Position numbers and translations under genes: made by a program. Of a stretch of 64,000 nucleotides of DNA, positions 28,433 to 39,065 are shown one piece after another; the stretch's first letter is position 1; each line of letters starts with the position of its first letter. The stretch covers positions 124,001 to 188,000 of the forward strand of contig CDROCS010001674.1 in the NCBI GenBank assembly GCA_977020255.1. The letters are read 5' to 3'. The DNA is from Obrimoposthia wandeli (Eukaryota). Under the pieces are notes generated by a model. It made no database searches and was not told the origin of the DNA. It saw nothing but the letters and a program-made list of their open reading frames with translations.

Positions 28433-29875
28433 ATGAGTAAAATAAATCGACAGCATATTGAGCGTTTGGTTGAACTGATTGGCGGCGCAGGCAATATTGC
28501 CAGCGTTAGCCACTGTTTAACCAGATTGCGTTTTGTTCTTAACGATACAGAACGAGCAAACGTTAAAGAGATTGAAAAAATTCCTGCTGTGAAAGGGTGT
28601 TTCACCAATGCGGGACAGTTCCAAGTGGTTATTGGCATTGAAGTTGATGAAGCCTATAAGGTGTTATCTGACATTACGGGAAATGCGGGAGCATCAAAAG
28701 AAGAAGCCAAGGTTGCTGCTCGTCAGAACATGAGCCTGCTTGAAAGAAGTATTTCTCACCTTGCTGAAATTTTTGTTCCTCTATTACCGGCAATCATTAC
28801 TGGTGGTTTGATTCTTGGTTTCCGTAACGTCATCGGCGATATTCGCATGTTCGATGGCAAAACCTTAGTCGAAATCAGTCAATTTTGGTCAACCGTTCAT
28901 TCGTTCTTGTGGTTGATTGGTGAAGCAATTTTCTTCTTCCTACCCGTTGGTGTGTGTTGGGCGACGGTGAAGAAACTCGGTGGTACGCCTATTTTGGGTA
29001 TTGTACTGGGTATCACTCTGGTTTCGCCTCAGTTAATGAATGCTTATTTGATTGGTAAAGAAGTACCAGAAGTATGGGATTTCGGCTGGTTTGTGATAGA
29101 GAAAGTGGGCTACCAAGCACAGGTTATTCCTGCAATATTTGCTGGTGTGGCATTAGCGTTTATCGAAACCAACCTTAAACGTATTATTCCTTCTTATTTG
29201 TATCTAGTGATTGTGCCATTTATCTCGTTGATTCTTGCCGTTATTTTAGCGCACGCATTTATTGGTCCATTCGGTCGGGCTATTGGTGATGCTGTAGGTT
29301 ATGCCGCAAAAGTAGCAATGACCGGTGACTTTGCCGTTCTTGGTTCAATGGTTTTTGCCTTTTTCTATGCACCATTGGTTATTACGGGTATTCACCATAC
29401 AACCAACGCTGTGGATTTACAGTTAATGCAAGATATGGGCGGCACACCGATTTGGCCACTCATTGCATTATCAAACATTGCTCAAGCCTCTGCGGTTGTC
29501 GGCATTATTTGGATAAGCAAGAAACACAACGAACGTGAAATTTCAGTGCCTGCCGCTATTTCTGCTTTCTTAGGGGTGACTGAACCAGCGATGTACGGCA
29601 TCAATTTGAAATACAAATTTCCAATGTTAAGCGCAATGATAGGTGCAGCTTTAGCGGCGGGTATTTGTGGCAGCGCGGGCGTGATGGCAAATGGCATCGG
29701 TGTGGGCGGATTACCGGGTATTTTATCCATTCAGCCACAATATTGGACGGTTTATCTTATTGCTATGTTAGTGGCTATGGCTGTGCCAATGACCTTAACG
29801 TTAATACTTTATAAGCGTGCCCAAGCCAAGGGCGATATAGAGCCAGATGATAAATTACAAGCAGTGACTAATTGA
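28433..29875 (+). CDS. treB: PTS trehalose-specific EIIBC
   Basis: SHCLTRLRFVL, QFQVVIG, GIHHT, GVTEPAMYG; track start 28421. Confidence 0.95.
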   Translation: MSKINRQHIERLVELIGGAGNIASVSHCLTRLRFVLNDTERANVKEIEKIPAVKGCFTNAGQFQVVIGIEVDEAYKVLSDITGNAGASKEEAKVAARQNMSLLERSISHLAEIFVPLLPAIITGGLILGFRNVIGDIRMFDGKTLVEISQFWSTVHSFLWLIGEAIFFFLPVGVCWATVKKLGGTPILGIVLGITLVSPQLMNAYLIGKEVPEVWDFGWFVIEKVGYQAQVIPAIFAGVALAFIETNLKRIIPSYLYLVIVPFISLILAVILAHAFIGPFGRAIGDAVGYAAKVAMTGDFAVLGSMVFAFFYAPLVITGIHHTTNAVDLQLMQDMGGTPIWPLIALSNIAQASAVVGIIWISKKHNEREISVPAAISAFLGVTEPAMYGINLKYKFPMLSAMIGAALAAGICGSAGVMANGIGVGGLPGILSIQPQYWTVYLIAMLVAMAVPMTLTLILYKRAQAKGDIEPDDKLQAVTN

Positions 29876-29959
29876 TTGTATTAATACAACGTACTTTTCT
29901 ATAACTATGTAAATTGTTGAGCAACGTTTTGTTGCTCAACATTCTCCGAGTAAATAAGC

Positions 29960-31642
29960 ATGATGACAGAGCATAATGAATGGTGGCGTACTGCGACTAT
30001 TTACCAGATTTATCCTAAAAGTTTTTGTGATAGTGGATGTCAGGGTACGGGTGATATTCAAGGGATTATTTCAAAGCTCGATTATCTTCAAAAGCTAGGT
30101 ATTGATGCGATTTGGTTAACCCCCATTTATTGTTCACCGATGATCGACAATGGCTACGATATATCTGATTACTATAATGTGAATCCAGATTTTGGCACCA
30201 TGAGCGATTTCGATCAGTTATTAAATGAAGCGCATCAAAAAGGTATCCGTATTGTTATGGATATTGTGGTCAATCATACCTCGACTGAGCATGCATGGTT
30301 TCAATCGGCACTAGGCAATAAGCAAAGTCCATATCGCGATTACTATATTTGGCAAGATCCGGTTAATGGTGCAGAGCCAACGAATTGGGCATCTAAGTTT
30401 GGTGGTAATGCATGGGCATTAGATGAAGCAACAAATCAATACTACTTGCATCTTTTTGCAAAAGAACAAGCCGATTTGAATTGGGAGAACCCAAAAGTTC
30501 GAGAAGAAGTGAAAGAGGTCATTAGTTTCTGGGCTGAAAAAGGGGTCGATGGTTTTCGTTTAGATGTGATTAATTTAATTTCTAAACAACAAGATTTCCC
30601 CAGTGATCACATCGGAGATGGGCGTTGTTTCTATACTGATGGTCCGCGTGTACATGAATATCTCAGAGAAATCAGCGAAAGTGTTTTTCAAAAATACGGT
30701 TCAGTAACCGTAGGTGAAATGTCATCGACAACCTTGGAACACTGTCAGCAGTATTCAGCGAATGACGGTAAAGAGCTGTCAATGGTGTTTAATTTTCACC
30801 ATCTAAAAGCGGATTACGAAAAGGGCGAAAAGTGGACTAAAGCACCGTTTGATTTCTTGCAACTTAAGCAGATTTTTAACCATTGGCAACAAGGCTTAAA
30901 TGGCAAAGGGTGGGGCGCTTTATTTTGGTGTAACCATGACCAACCTCGTGTAGTGAGCCGTTTAGGGGATGACCAGCAATACCGTGTAGAGTCAGCCAAA
31001 ATGCTCGCGGCTTCTATTCATATGATGCAGGGCACACCGTATATTTATCAAGGTGAAGAAATTGGCATGACCAACCCAGCTTATACCTCGATTGAACAAT
31101 ATCGCGATGTAGAAAGTACCAATATGTACGACATCATGGTAAATCAACAAGGTGTAAGTGAAGCCGATATGCTCGCTATTTTGGCGCAAAAATCCCGTGA
31201 TAACGCCCGTACCCCAATGCAATGGGATGCTAGCGAGCAAGCTGGATTTACCCAAGGTAAGTCTTGGCTAGCTGTTGCAGAAAACTATAATGAGATAAAC
31301 GCGCAGCAAGCCGTTGAAGATCCTAATTCTGTTTTCTATTTCTACCGTAGGTTGATTGAATTACGTAAAGAGATTGCAGTGATCACAACGGGAGATTACA
31401 GCGATTTAATGCCAGGTAACATGCAGCTGTTTTGTTATCGTAGAGAGTCAGAACAACAACTGCTTGTCTGTATTAACAATTATTATGGTACTGATATTGA
31501 GTGCGATCTACCGTCTGATATTAATGCTACTCAGGGGCGTTATATCTTAGGTAACTATGAAGGGTATCAAGATCGAACAGCAAGCCAAACGATACAGTTA
31601 AAGCCGTATGAATGTTTGGTGCTATTGATTGATAAAGTGTAA
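29960..31642 (+). CDS. treC: Trehalose-6-phosphate hydrolase (GH13)
   Basis: YQIYPKSF, DNGYD, GFRLDVIN, VGEM, NHDQPR, SRDNARTPMQW. Confidence 0.95.
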   Translation: MMTEHNEWWRTATIYQIYPKSFCDSGCQGTGDIQGIISKLDYLQKLGIDAIWLTPIYCSPMIDNGYDISDYYNVNPDFGTMSDFDQLLNEAHQKGIRIVMDIVVNHTSTEHAWFQSALGNKQSPYRDYYIWQDPVNGAEPTNWASKFGGNAWALDEATNQYYLHLFAKEQADLNWENPKVREEVKEVISFWAEKGVDGFRLDVINLISKQQDFPSDHIGDGRCFYTDGPRVHEYLREISESVFQKYGSVTVGEMSSTTLEHCQQYSANDGKELSMVFNFHHLKADYEKGEKWTKAPFDFLQLKQIFNHWQQGLNGKGWGALFWCNHDQPRVVSRLGDDQQYRVESAKMLAASIHMMQGTPYIYQGEEIGMTNPAYTSIEQYRDVESTNMYDIMVNQQGVSEADMLAILAQKSRDNARTPMQWDASEQAGFTQGKSWLAVAENYNEINAQQAVEDPNSVFYFYRRLIELRKEIAVITTGDYSDLMPGNMQLFCYRRESEQQLLVCINNYYGTDIECDLPSDINATQGRYILGNYEGYQDRTASQTIQLKPYECLVLLIDKV

Positions 31643-31682
31643 TGGCTAATAAAGTGTAAATATTCACTTATCCCGATGATAT

Positions 31683-31731
31683 AAAAAAGGCTTTAACTAG
31701 CTCTATACAGAGTGCAGTTAAAGCCTTTTTT
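31683..31731. terminator. Bidirectional terminator between treC and LysE gene
   Basis: AAAAAAGGCTTTAACT...AGTTAAAGCCTTTTTT long stem. Confidence 0.8.
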
Positions 31732-31768
31732 GTAACGATTCAAATCGTAAATACTGCTTTCAATACAT

Positions 31769-32416
31769 TTAGTTTATTACGGGTGTTGGCACCTGTGATG
31801 CTAATAGCCATATCGCCAATATGAAAAAGACCAAGCCCATCACTTTATGCTGATTAGTACGGAATTTTTCATTTTTCAATAATGACTTACCAAGACTGCC
31901 AACCATAGACACTAAGAATAAATTGAAGATTAAGCCCAGTACATTCAATAGCAGGCCAAGAACCAGCATTTGCTCGCCAGATGTTGCTGTTGATTGAGTC
32001 GATACAAATTGCGGTAGAAATAATACAAAGAAGATCAATGCCTTGGGATTAAGCAAATTACTGATAACCGCTCGGCGATACAGTGTTTTCGCTAAACCCG
32101 TTTGTTGTTCTATCTCTGGCGCATCGACTGGGTTAGTACGCATGCAGTCCCAGCCCATTTTTAATAAATAAGCGCCGCCTAATAAACGCAATACTTGTAA
32201 TGCGATTGGGTTCATGGCGATTAATGCAGATACACCCATTGCAGCCAGTAAAGTCAGAATTAAACCTGATGTTGCATTCCCAAGGCTTGCAAAGATTCCG
32301 ACTTTTTTACCGTAGCTTAAGCTAGAGCTGGCGATAAGTAACATGTCGGGTCCGGGGATCAGTAATAGAGCAACAACAGCAGTTAAATACACTGGAAGAA
32401 TAGATAAATCAATCAT
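31769..32416 (-). CDS. LysE/RhtB-family amino-acid exporter
   Basis: IPGPDM, NLLNPKALIFF, ~6 TM. Confidence 0.9.
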   Translation of the reverse strand: MIDLSILPVYLTAVVALLLIPGPDMLLIASSSLSYGKKVGIFASLGNATSGLILTLLAAMGVSALIAMNPIALQVLRLLGGAYLLKMGWDCMRTNPVDAPEIEQQTGLAKTLYRRAVISNLLNPKALIFFVLFLPQFVSTQSTATSGEQMLVLGLLLNVLGLIFNLFLVSMVGSLGKSLLKNEKFRTNQHKVMGLVFFILAIWLLASQVPTPVIN

Positions 32417-32749
32417 AGTTCGCGAGTCAGTTTCAGAGTGAAGAGCTGGATTTTACAGCTGTAGAGATATTTTTAAAGCTATTGTTTAATTTTACTGGCG
32501 TTAATTGCTGTGTATCTCTGCGTTATTGGTTTTTGTTGCTGATACGGGATGGATGATGTAAGTGTTTTGATCTAATTGTTGTATTCCTGTAAGCAAGAAG
32601 GATGTGTGGGTCATCATTGTTTTTATCGTGAACCTTATCGGTATTAAGGCAATTTTTGAATATCGTACATACTTAACAGATCTCCAAAAACAAGATCGTT
32701 TGAGTTTGTGACTTATGAATAGAATTGAACTAGGTCACCCCGCGTTAGT

Positions 32750-33226
32750 TTAGAGCATAGTAGCTGCTTTTGAAAAGTTGGCTAAGGCTGTTTCTATTTT
32801 AGTAATCACGTCATTGCAGCCTTTAATATTGTGCCTTTTAACTAAATAGGCAGGGCTATTATAGGTTAACCAAACTTGCCCTTTTTCGTCTTGGCTGATC
32901 AAGGCTTTTTGAGGTAAATCTATTGCAGCACTTTGGCTACACTGCATTAAAGGTGTTCCGACTTTAGGGTTGCCAAAAATAATGAGCTCTGTGGGGCGTA
33001 ATATCTCCCCAACATGTTTTGCCCCTGCTGCATGATCAATTCTCACGAAAACCGTCATACCTTTATCATTCAATATTTGTTCGAGCTTATCGGCTGTTAC
33101 TTTTACAGTATGTGCGCTTTTTACACGGATTAATCCATTGCTAGCAAAAGCCATAGGAATCACGAGAGTGAATAGTGCGGCGCTCAATAGTGTTTGTTTT
33201 ATTATTTTTTCCATTATGCTTTTCAT
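32750..33226 (-). CDS. DUF302-domain exported protein
   Basis: RIDHAAGA, FGNPKVGTPLMQ, DLPQKAL; signal peptide ..PMAFA; track start 33280 lies in a repeat remnant. Confidence 0.85.
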   Translation of the reverse strand: MKSIMEKIIKQTLLSAALFTLVIPMAFASNGLIRVKSAHTVKVTADKLEQILNDKGMTVFVRIDHAAGAKHVGEILRPTELIIFGNPKVGTPLMQCSQSAAIDLPQKALISQDEKGQVWLTYNSPAYLVKRHNIKGCNDVITKIETALANFSKAATML

Positions 33227-33267
33227 CGTCAAACCATCCTGTTCAATGTAATTAATTTTCCAGCGTA

Positions 33268-33302
33268 AATACCTGCTCATTTACTGAACCAGAATGGTAT
33301 TA
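33268..33302 (+). repeat. Family-1 repeat remnant (~35 bp)
   Basis: AATACC...CATTTACTGAACCAGAATGGTATTA resembles family-1 right end. Confidence 0.45.
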
Positions 33303-33332
33303 CTGTAGTCAATATTTCAGTAGAACGAAAAA

Positions 33333-33397
33333 AATACCTATCTAGACAAGTATCGGATCATCCTTTCTGGTTAAATTTGCTTATCCAGAATGGTATA
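33333..33397 (+). repeat. Family-1 MITE-like repeat, 65-bp deletion derivative
   Basis: AATACCTATCTAGACAAGTATCGGATCATCCTTTCTGGTTAAA + TTTGCTTATCCAGAATGGTATA. Confidence 0.8.
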
Positions 33398-33469
33398 AAC
33401 AATTTTTTCTTCAATAAGCTGAGAAGAGAAGCGGAAGAATAGAGGGGGAGTAGGGAATGACAAAAATGA

Positions 33470-33501
33470 TTATGCCCTCTGATCGCATCCAGAGGGCATA
33501 A
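33470..33501 (-). terminator. Hairpin after yccS
   Basis: TTATGCCCTCTG-N8-CAGAGGGCATAA, 12-bp stem. Confidence 0.65.
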
Positions 33502-33513
33502 GTTCAATCTGGA

Positions 33514-35694
33514 TTACGTCGCTTTAATTGCTTTTTTATTGGTTCTTGCCGCTAACTTATTCGCTAATGAGTGCAATTCAGGCAGCATACGATGAATCAA
33601 GTGAAGCTGCTGCAACACCATGCGAACTGATGTACTGTCTTCATCTCGCCATTGAGCAAGGCGTTGCTCTATTTCAGTATCAATCACAGGCGTTGGTATC
33701 ACTTGGTTACTTGATAACTGTTCAGCTAAACAATCGAGGTGAGCGTGAATCAAGCGATGTGATTGTGACACTAATTGGTGAGTATGCTCATCGTCCAATC
33801 GTGTTCGGTGTGCCCCGAGTGCTGAAATATAACTCAGCATGGCATGATTAAGTGTTAAAAAGCGGAAACTCTCGTCTGTGCACATACGATAGCGGCCTGG
33901 TTCAGCAAGCATATTGCTAATCGCGGTACTGAGTTGAGCATCGGTATTATGCGCATTACGACGTGCAATACGATAGTTTAAGCTGTCTTTTTTACCAATA
34001 CGGTACTGACCAATGATTTGAGCAAGGTAATCACAATTGGTTTTAATCGCCGATGACATGACCGTATGTAAACGGTTTGCTTGCCAATCTGGCAGAATAA
34101 AAGTGACAGCAAGCACTGCCAATAAACACCCAAGTAGGGTATCGCCGAGTCGCGGTAAAATAACCGCAAACCCTTCACCTAATTGATTGAAACAGAATAA
34201 AACTAATAGCGTGATAAAGGCGGTTGCTAAACCATATTGCACTGTTCTAAACGCGAAGAACAATACACCAGCCAATACCATGAGTACCAGTTGGCCTTCT
34301 TGACCAGGAAATAGGTATAACAATGGAATACCAACTAATAACCCACCTAGAGTACCAATGACTCTCTGAACTAATTTTTGGCGTGTTGCACTATAGTTTG
34401 GCTGGCAAACAAAGAGTGTTGTCAGCAGAATCCAATATCCTCTTTCAAGCTCTAAAAATTGAATACAGCCGTAGCCAACGGTTAGCGCAATTGCCATGCG
34501 CAGCGCATGACGGAATAACATCGAATCTGGCTTAAACTGACCAATAACCCGCTTCCACATTTCTTTAGCACTACGTGCTTCAGTATCCGCTAATTCAATA
34601 TCAGGATCGGTAGGTGCAGCATCTGGGTTACTGACATTAGACAGCTGACGCTCAACCGTTGCGAGGTTATTGAACAGATAATCTAGCTGAATGAGATAGG
34701 AACGCCACTCAGGGTTATTCTGATTTTTTAAGTGGATTAACGATTCTTTTAATTCATCTAACGCACGAATACTTTCAACACTGTGATGATAAGGCTTCCC
34801 CATCGCAAGAGCATGTGACACCGCACGGCATTCATTGGCTTGCGAGGTCAGTAAGCGTTGAAAGCGAAATAACACATCACTACGTTGGAAAGTTACCGCT
34901 AAATCTTGGTAGCGATAATGCGACGAACTGGCACGTTCATGAATATCTTGAGCGAGGAAATAGATTTTTAAGAAGCGATCACCCGTCGCATTAGGGTGCC
35001 CGCGACGCGCACGGTGCAGTAATGTTGCTTTGGCTGAATTGAGTGCAGCAACCACTTGGGCATTTTTTTGCGCAGCTTCAATGCGTAAGGGCTGCGGAAC
35101 AAGGTTAGAAACCGGCTCAAACAGTTTCCTTTTACTGTCTAAATAATGTGAGAATTCAGTAAAAACACGGGCTAAGCTTTGTTGCACGGGTTGGTTTGGC
35201 CAAAAGATATGCCAAAGTAATGATAAAGAGCCATACCATGCCGCGCCAGCTAATAGAATAACGGGCTGATACCATAGGTTAGGGCTCGTATCTGCCCCCA
35301 GCATGGTATAGACCGCCAGTAAGAGCGAGGCAAATGCAATACTGGCGTAACGAGCCCCAATTGCCCCCAGCATTATAAAGCCGAACGAAGAGACAAATAA
35401 ACCAATCGCAAAAAAGAGAGGGGTATCAAATAAAATTTCGATAGAAAAAGACGCGATAAGAAAACACGTAAGTGTCATCGCTAGTCCTTTAATTCGCCCT
35501 GTTAGGTTATCATCAGTTTCTGCTAGCGCAGCAGCGATAATGCCCAGTACAAGTGGTGTGATTTCGGTGGTTAAGCCTAAGTGCCAACAAGGCAATGCAA
35601 CACCGACTAGCGCAATTAGTACCCTTATACTGTAGTTAATACGGTCATTGGCCCAATAGCGGCGTAAATTGAATCTAAAGCGGTTTTTTTGCAT
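33514..35694 (-). CDS. yccS: YccS-family FUSC-like inner membrane protein
   Basis: LGIIAAALAETDD, QDIHERASSSHY, FRHALR, VCQPNYSAT; divergent from helD as in enterics. Confidence 0.88.
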   Translation of the reverse strand: MQKNRFRFNLRRYWANDRINYSIRVLIALVGVALPCWHLGLTTEITPLVLGIIAAALAETDDNLTGRIKGLAMTLTCFLIASFSIEILFDTPLFFAIGLFVSSFGFIMLGAIGARYASIAFASLLLAVYTMLGADTSPNLWYQPVILLAGAAWYGSLSLLWHIFWPNQPVQQSLARVFTEFSHYLDSKRKLFEPVSNLVPQPLRIEAAQKNAQVVAALNSAKATLLHRARRGHPNATGDRFLKIYFLAQDIHERASSSHYRYQDLAVTFQRSDVLFRFQRLLTSQANECRAVSHALAMGKPYHHSVESIRALDELKESLIHLKNQNNPEWRSYLIQLDYLFNNLATVERQLSNVSNPDAAPTDPDIELADTEARSAKEMWKRVIGQFKPDSMLFRHALRMAIALTVGYGCIQFLELERGYWILLTTLFVCQPNYSATRQKLVQRVIGTLGGLLVGIPLLYLFPGQEGQLVLMVLAGVLFFAFRTVQYGLATAFITLLVLFCFNQLGEGFAVILPRLGDTLLGCLLAVLAVTFILPDWQANRLHTVMSSAIKTNCDYLAQIIGQYRIGKKDSLNYRIARRNAHNTDAQLSTAISNMLAEPGRYRMCTDESFRFLTLNHAMLSYISALGAHRTRLDDEHTHQLVSQSHRLIHAHLDCLAEQLSSNQVIPTPVIDTEIEQRLAQWRDEDSTSVRMVLQQLHLIHRMLPELHSLANKLAARTNKKAIKAT

Positions 35695-35914
35695 GTATGA
35701 TTAACAATCTTCTGATAAAAGGCGGCAAATGAACCGTTACAATCGTATGTGAGTAACGAAAAAAATGACAAGGTATATAAGATAACAAAGTTGAGATTAA
35801 ACCACATAAAAAATAATGGCTAATCAAGCTGTAAGACGAAATTATAATCAACTCTGTATTGTGGTGCTATGGTGAAATACGGGTTGTTGGTAATCTATCG
35901 CCTCGTAGGGCAAG

Positions 35915-35993
35915 GCATCTTGAAGTATTATGGGTATTATAGCCAAGCTACCTCAAAGTATTGAAATGAGTATCTTGAGGTAACTTAGGTATA
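35915..35993. repeat. Family-2 repeats: orphan right end (35915-35937) plus 56-bp mini element (35938-35993)
   Basis: TATAGCCAAGCTACCTCAAAG ... TATCTTGAGGTAACTTAGGTATA; preceding GCATCTTGAAGTATTATGGGTAT. Confidence 0.7.
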
Positions 35994-36032
35994 AGAAACC
36001 TAAATGAAAATTAGGCAGATTTTGGTGAAAGA

Positions 36033-38117
36033 ATGCGTTTAAGTGCCAGTGTAGTCGCACAGTGGTTAGTGCAAGGTGACTATTTCAGTATTGAACTGAA
36101 TGAACATAGTTTAATTCTTGATAGCCAGACAGAAACAAGCACGATTTCTTTTAATGATTGGGATGGTGCCATCGAAGTACATCGTGGAGTGGTGTGGGGT
36201 TCATTAGAGCTCACCTCTGCTGATCAACAATATTGTTGGACAATTCATGGTTTGCCTTGGCTGCAATGTAAGCCGTTTGCTGCACGTCTTCTTGAATCAT
36301 ATCGCGATTGGGCGCATGGTCGAGTTGATAGGCTTGATAAAACCCTGCCAGATGTTCTTAACCGTATTGATAGCTTTGTGACACAGCAAGGTTATTTACG
36401 TGAATCAGAACACGACAGCTTGTGTCAATTTCTTGATGATTCATTGAAAATAACAGGCTTAACGCATGAGCTTGCCGCATCTTTTCGCCCTATGGCATTC
36501 GAGAGAATAGAACCTTGGCTAGAAGGCAATGGCGATTGGATCGAAGAAAATAACCGTGAGTGGTTAACGTCAGAAGCTGAAAAATGGTCATCATGGTTTG
36601 ATAAATTTGAAGCGTCACCCCTTAATGCCTCTCAGCGTGAAGCCGTTTTAATCAATCAAGATCATAATTTGGTCTTAGCCGGAGCGGGTACAGGCAAAAC
36701 GAGTGTGCTGGTGGCACGTGCAGGTTACCTTGTTGCCAATCAAGCCGCGCAGCCTGAAGAAATCCTGATGTTGGCTTTTGGTCGCAAAGCGGCAGAAGAA
36801 ATGCGTGAACGTTTAGCAGTGAAGGTAAACGATAGAATTAAAGTGGCGACATTTCATGCATTGGGTACGCAAATCATTCAATCGGTTGAAGGTGAGCGCC
36901 CGAATATTTCCCCGTTAACATTGGATGACAAAGCAAAAGCACAGTGGATAGCGTCTACTTTAAAAGAGCAATGGGAAACCGCAGCATCAGCCAAACGCTG
37001 GCAGAAACATTTAACGCAATGGCGTATTCCTGGTTTTAAAGCTGATAACTCTATGGAACAACAAGCGAAGAATGAACAGCTAGCGAATTGGATTTGGCGT
37101 CATATTGAATTAATTGGGCAGAGCGGTTTAAGCAAAAGCGATCTTTTAGCTATCATAGATAAAAGTAATAACCCTGCAACTAAGCAACGCATGAAGAGTG
37201 AACTAGGGCTATTGTGGCCTTGTTTTCGTGCTTATGAACAGCATTTGAAATTGAACAAGCAAATCGATTTTAATACCATGATCCAAAAAGCAGTTGAATA
37301 CGTTAATGATGGTAAATTTGTACCTGAATGGCGCTTTATTATGGTTGATGAATACCAAGATATTTCGCCACAGCGTTTGTCATTAATTGAAGCTTTATGT
37401 CATAGCGAAGACGAAACAAAACCGCGACCAACCTTGTTTGCGGTAGGCGATGATTGGCAAGCTATTTACCGTTTTGCGGGTGCAGATGTTAATTTAACAA
37501 CAGGTTTTGCTGACCGGTTTGGCTCAAGCCATATCACAGAATTAGATACCACTTATCGCTTTAACAGTATGATCGGTGAAGTGGCGAATACCTTTATTCA
37601 GCAGAATCCACAGCAGCTCAGGAAAGATCTGACAAGTCATAAAAAACAAAAACGCAAAGCAGTAACGTTATTATGTCAGGATTTACTTGAACAAGAACTG
37701 GTACAGCTTGCTTCTCAGAATGAAAAGCCTGTCACGGTGTTGTTGTTAGGTCGGAACAATAAACAACGTCCAGAAAAACTAAAAGCTTGGCAAGCCCAAT
37801 GGCCACAATTAAACATGAATTTTATGACGTGCCACGGCAGTAAAGGACGTGAAGCCGATTTTGTGTTTGTTTTGGATGTGAACCGTGGTGTTTTTCCCGC
37901 TCCAGATCGTGAAACGGGGTTAGCGGCATGTTTACAATCAAAAAATGAAGGGTATGCCGACGCAGAAGAACGTAGATTGTTTTATGTTGCGCTAACACGC
38001 GCGAAAAAGCATGTTTGGGTTTGTGCTGATCCTGAAAAAACATCATCGTTTGTCAATGAACTTATTGATGACAAATATGCGGTCATGAACAAGATTAAGC
38101 GTATGAAAGTAAAATAA
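36033..38117 (+). CDS. helD: DNA helicase IV (UvrD-like)
   Basis: LAGAGTGKT, MVDEYQD, VGDDWQAIYRF, HGSKGREAD, EERRLFYVALTRAK. Confidence 0.92.
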   Translation: MRLSASVVAQWLVQGDYFSIELNEHSLILDSQTETSTISFNDWDGAIEVHRGVVWGSLELTSADQQYCWTIHGLPWLQCKPFAARLLESYRDWAHGRVDRLDKTLPDVLNRIDSFVTQQGYLRESEHDSLCQFLDDSLKITGLTHELAASFRPMAFERIEPWLEGNGDWIEENNREWLTSEAEKWSSWFDKFEASPLNASQREAVLINQDHNLVLAGAGTGKTSVLVARAGYLVANQAAQPEEILMLAFGRKAAEEMRERLAVKVNDRIKVATFHALGTQIIQSVEGERPNISPLTLDDKAKAQWIASTLKEQWETAASAKRWQKHLTQWRIPGFKADNSMEQQAKNEQLANWIWRHIELIGQSGLSKSDLLAIIDKSNNPATKQRMKSELGLLWPCFRAYEQHLKLNKQIDFNTMIQKAVEYVNDGKFVPEWRFIMVDEYQDISPQRLSLIEALCHSEDETKPRPTLFAVGDDWQAIYRFAGADVNLTTGFADRFGSSHITELDTTYRFNSMIGEVANTFIQQNPQQLRKDLTSHKKQKRKAVTLLCQDLLEQELVQLASQNEKPVTVLLLGRNNKQRPEKLKAWQAQWPQLNMNFMTCHGSKGREADFVFVLDVNRGVFPAPDRETGLAACLQSKNEGYADAEERRLFYVALTRAKKHVWVCADPEKTSSFVNELIDDKYAVMNKIKRMKVK

Positions 38118-38144
38118 CGGTCAAGGTGTTTAATGCAAAATGAG

Positions 38145-38177
38145 AAGCCTCAACCGAGATCTGGTTGGGGCTTTTTT
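38145..38177 (+). terminator. Terminator after helD
   Basis: AAGCCTCAACC-GAGATCT-GGTTGGGGCTTTTTT. Confidence 0.75.
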
Positions 38178-38418
38178 ATTCATAATACTCAGCTTTTAGT
38201 TGTATGGAAACGATTGCTTTTGACTTTTTAAGTAATTTATTCAAGTTGAATAGCATTAAATTTCAATTGCTTATGTTATGTGACCATAAGTAAAAACTAT
38301 CTTTGCAGATTTATGCCTGTTATTGGTAATGTACAGTGTTTTATAGTTGTGATCCACGAAGGATGCCCATTAGAGGCATGATCAATCGGATACTTCCCTC
38401 TGCAAATTTGCAGACAGC

Positions 38419-38961
38419 TTGGAGAAACACAACATGAAAAAAATCACATTAAGCCTCGTTGCAATAGCGGTTATATCGGTATCAAGTGCTGCCAGTGCTG
38501 GTGCATTTGTTGGTGGTGGTACACAAGTTTATCGATTGAGCACACCTGCTGGAGATGCAGAAACATACGGTGTGTATGCGCAAGGTGGATATGACTTTGG
38601 CATGATTGCTGTTGATGGAAAATTGAGTGCCACTGCGGGAGATGAATATATAACTGTTAATCAGAATGGTGGGATAACGAGTAAAACAATAAGCGCTAGT
38701 GAAGCTAGTGTAGGGGTAAGCCACCGTTTTGATATGGGTAAATTTTCATTAACGCCTCGTGTTGCCTTAGTTGCGATGACTGTTGATGGCATAGATAAAG
38801 AAGATACTGATACGGGGTATGCGTATGGCCTTAATGCGGGCTACAACTTTAATAAAAATTGGGGCATGAATGTTGGCTACACAAAGATTGCTGATGTGAA
38901 AATCAATGGCAATGATGTGAAACCTGATAGTTTCAATTTGGGTGTACAGTATAACTTCTAG
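38419..38961 (+). CDS. OmpA-like 8-stranded outer-membrane beta-barrel
   Basis: Signal peptide MKKITLSLVAIAVISVSSAASA, GLNAGYNF, C-terminal LGVQYNF. Confidence 0.8.
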   Translation: MEKHNMKKITLSLVAIAVISVSSAASAGAFVGGGTQVYRLSTPAGDAETYGVYAQGGYDFGMIAVDGKLSATAGDEYITVNQNGGITSKTISASEASVGVSHRFDMGKFSLTPRVALVAMTVDGIDKEDTDTGYAYGLNAGYNFNKNWGMNVGYTKIADVKINGNDVKPDSFNLGVQYNF

Positions 38962-39065
38962 CGTCGCTATCACTGGATAGTGAACCAACGCTATACTCAG
39001 CCTTCTTATTTGAGTTTATGAGAAGGCGAGATATGCGATTTAAAAGAGACGGCAGCTGAAACTGC

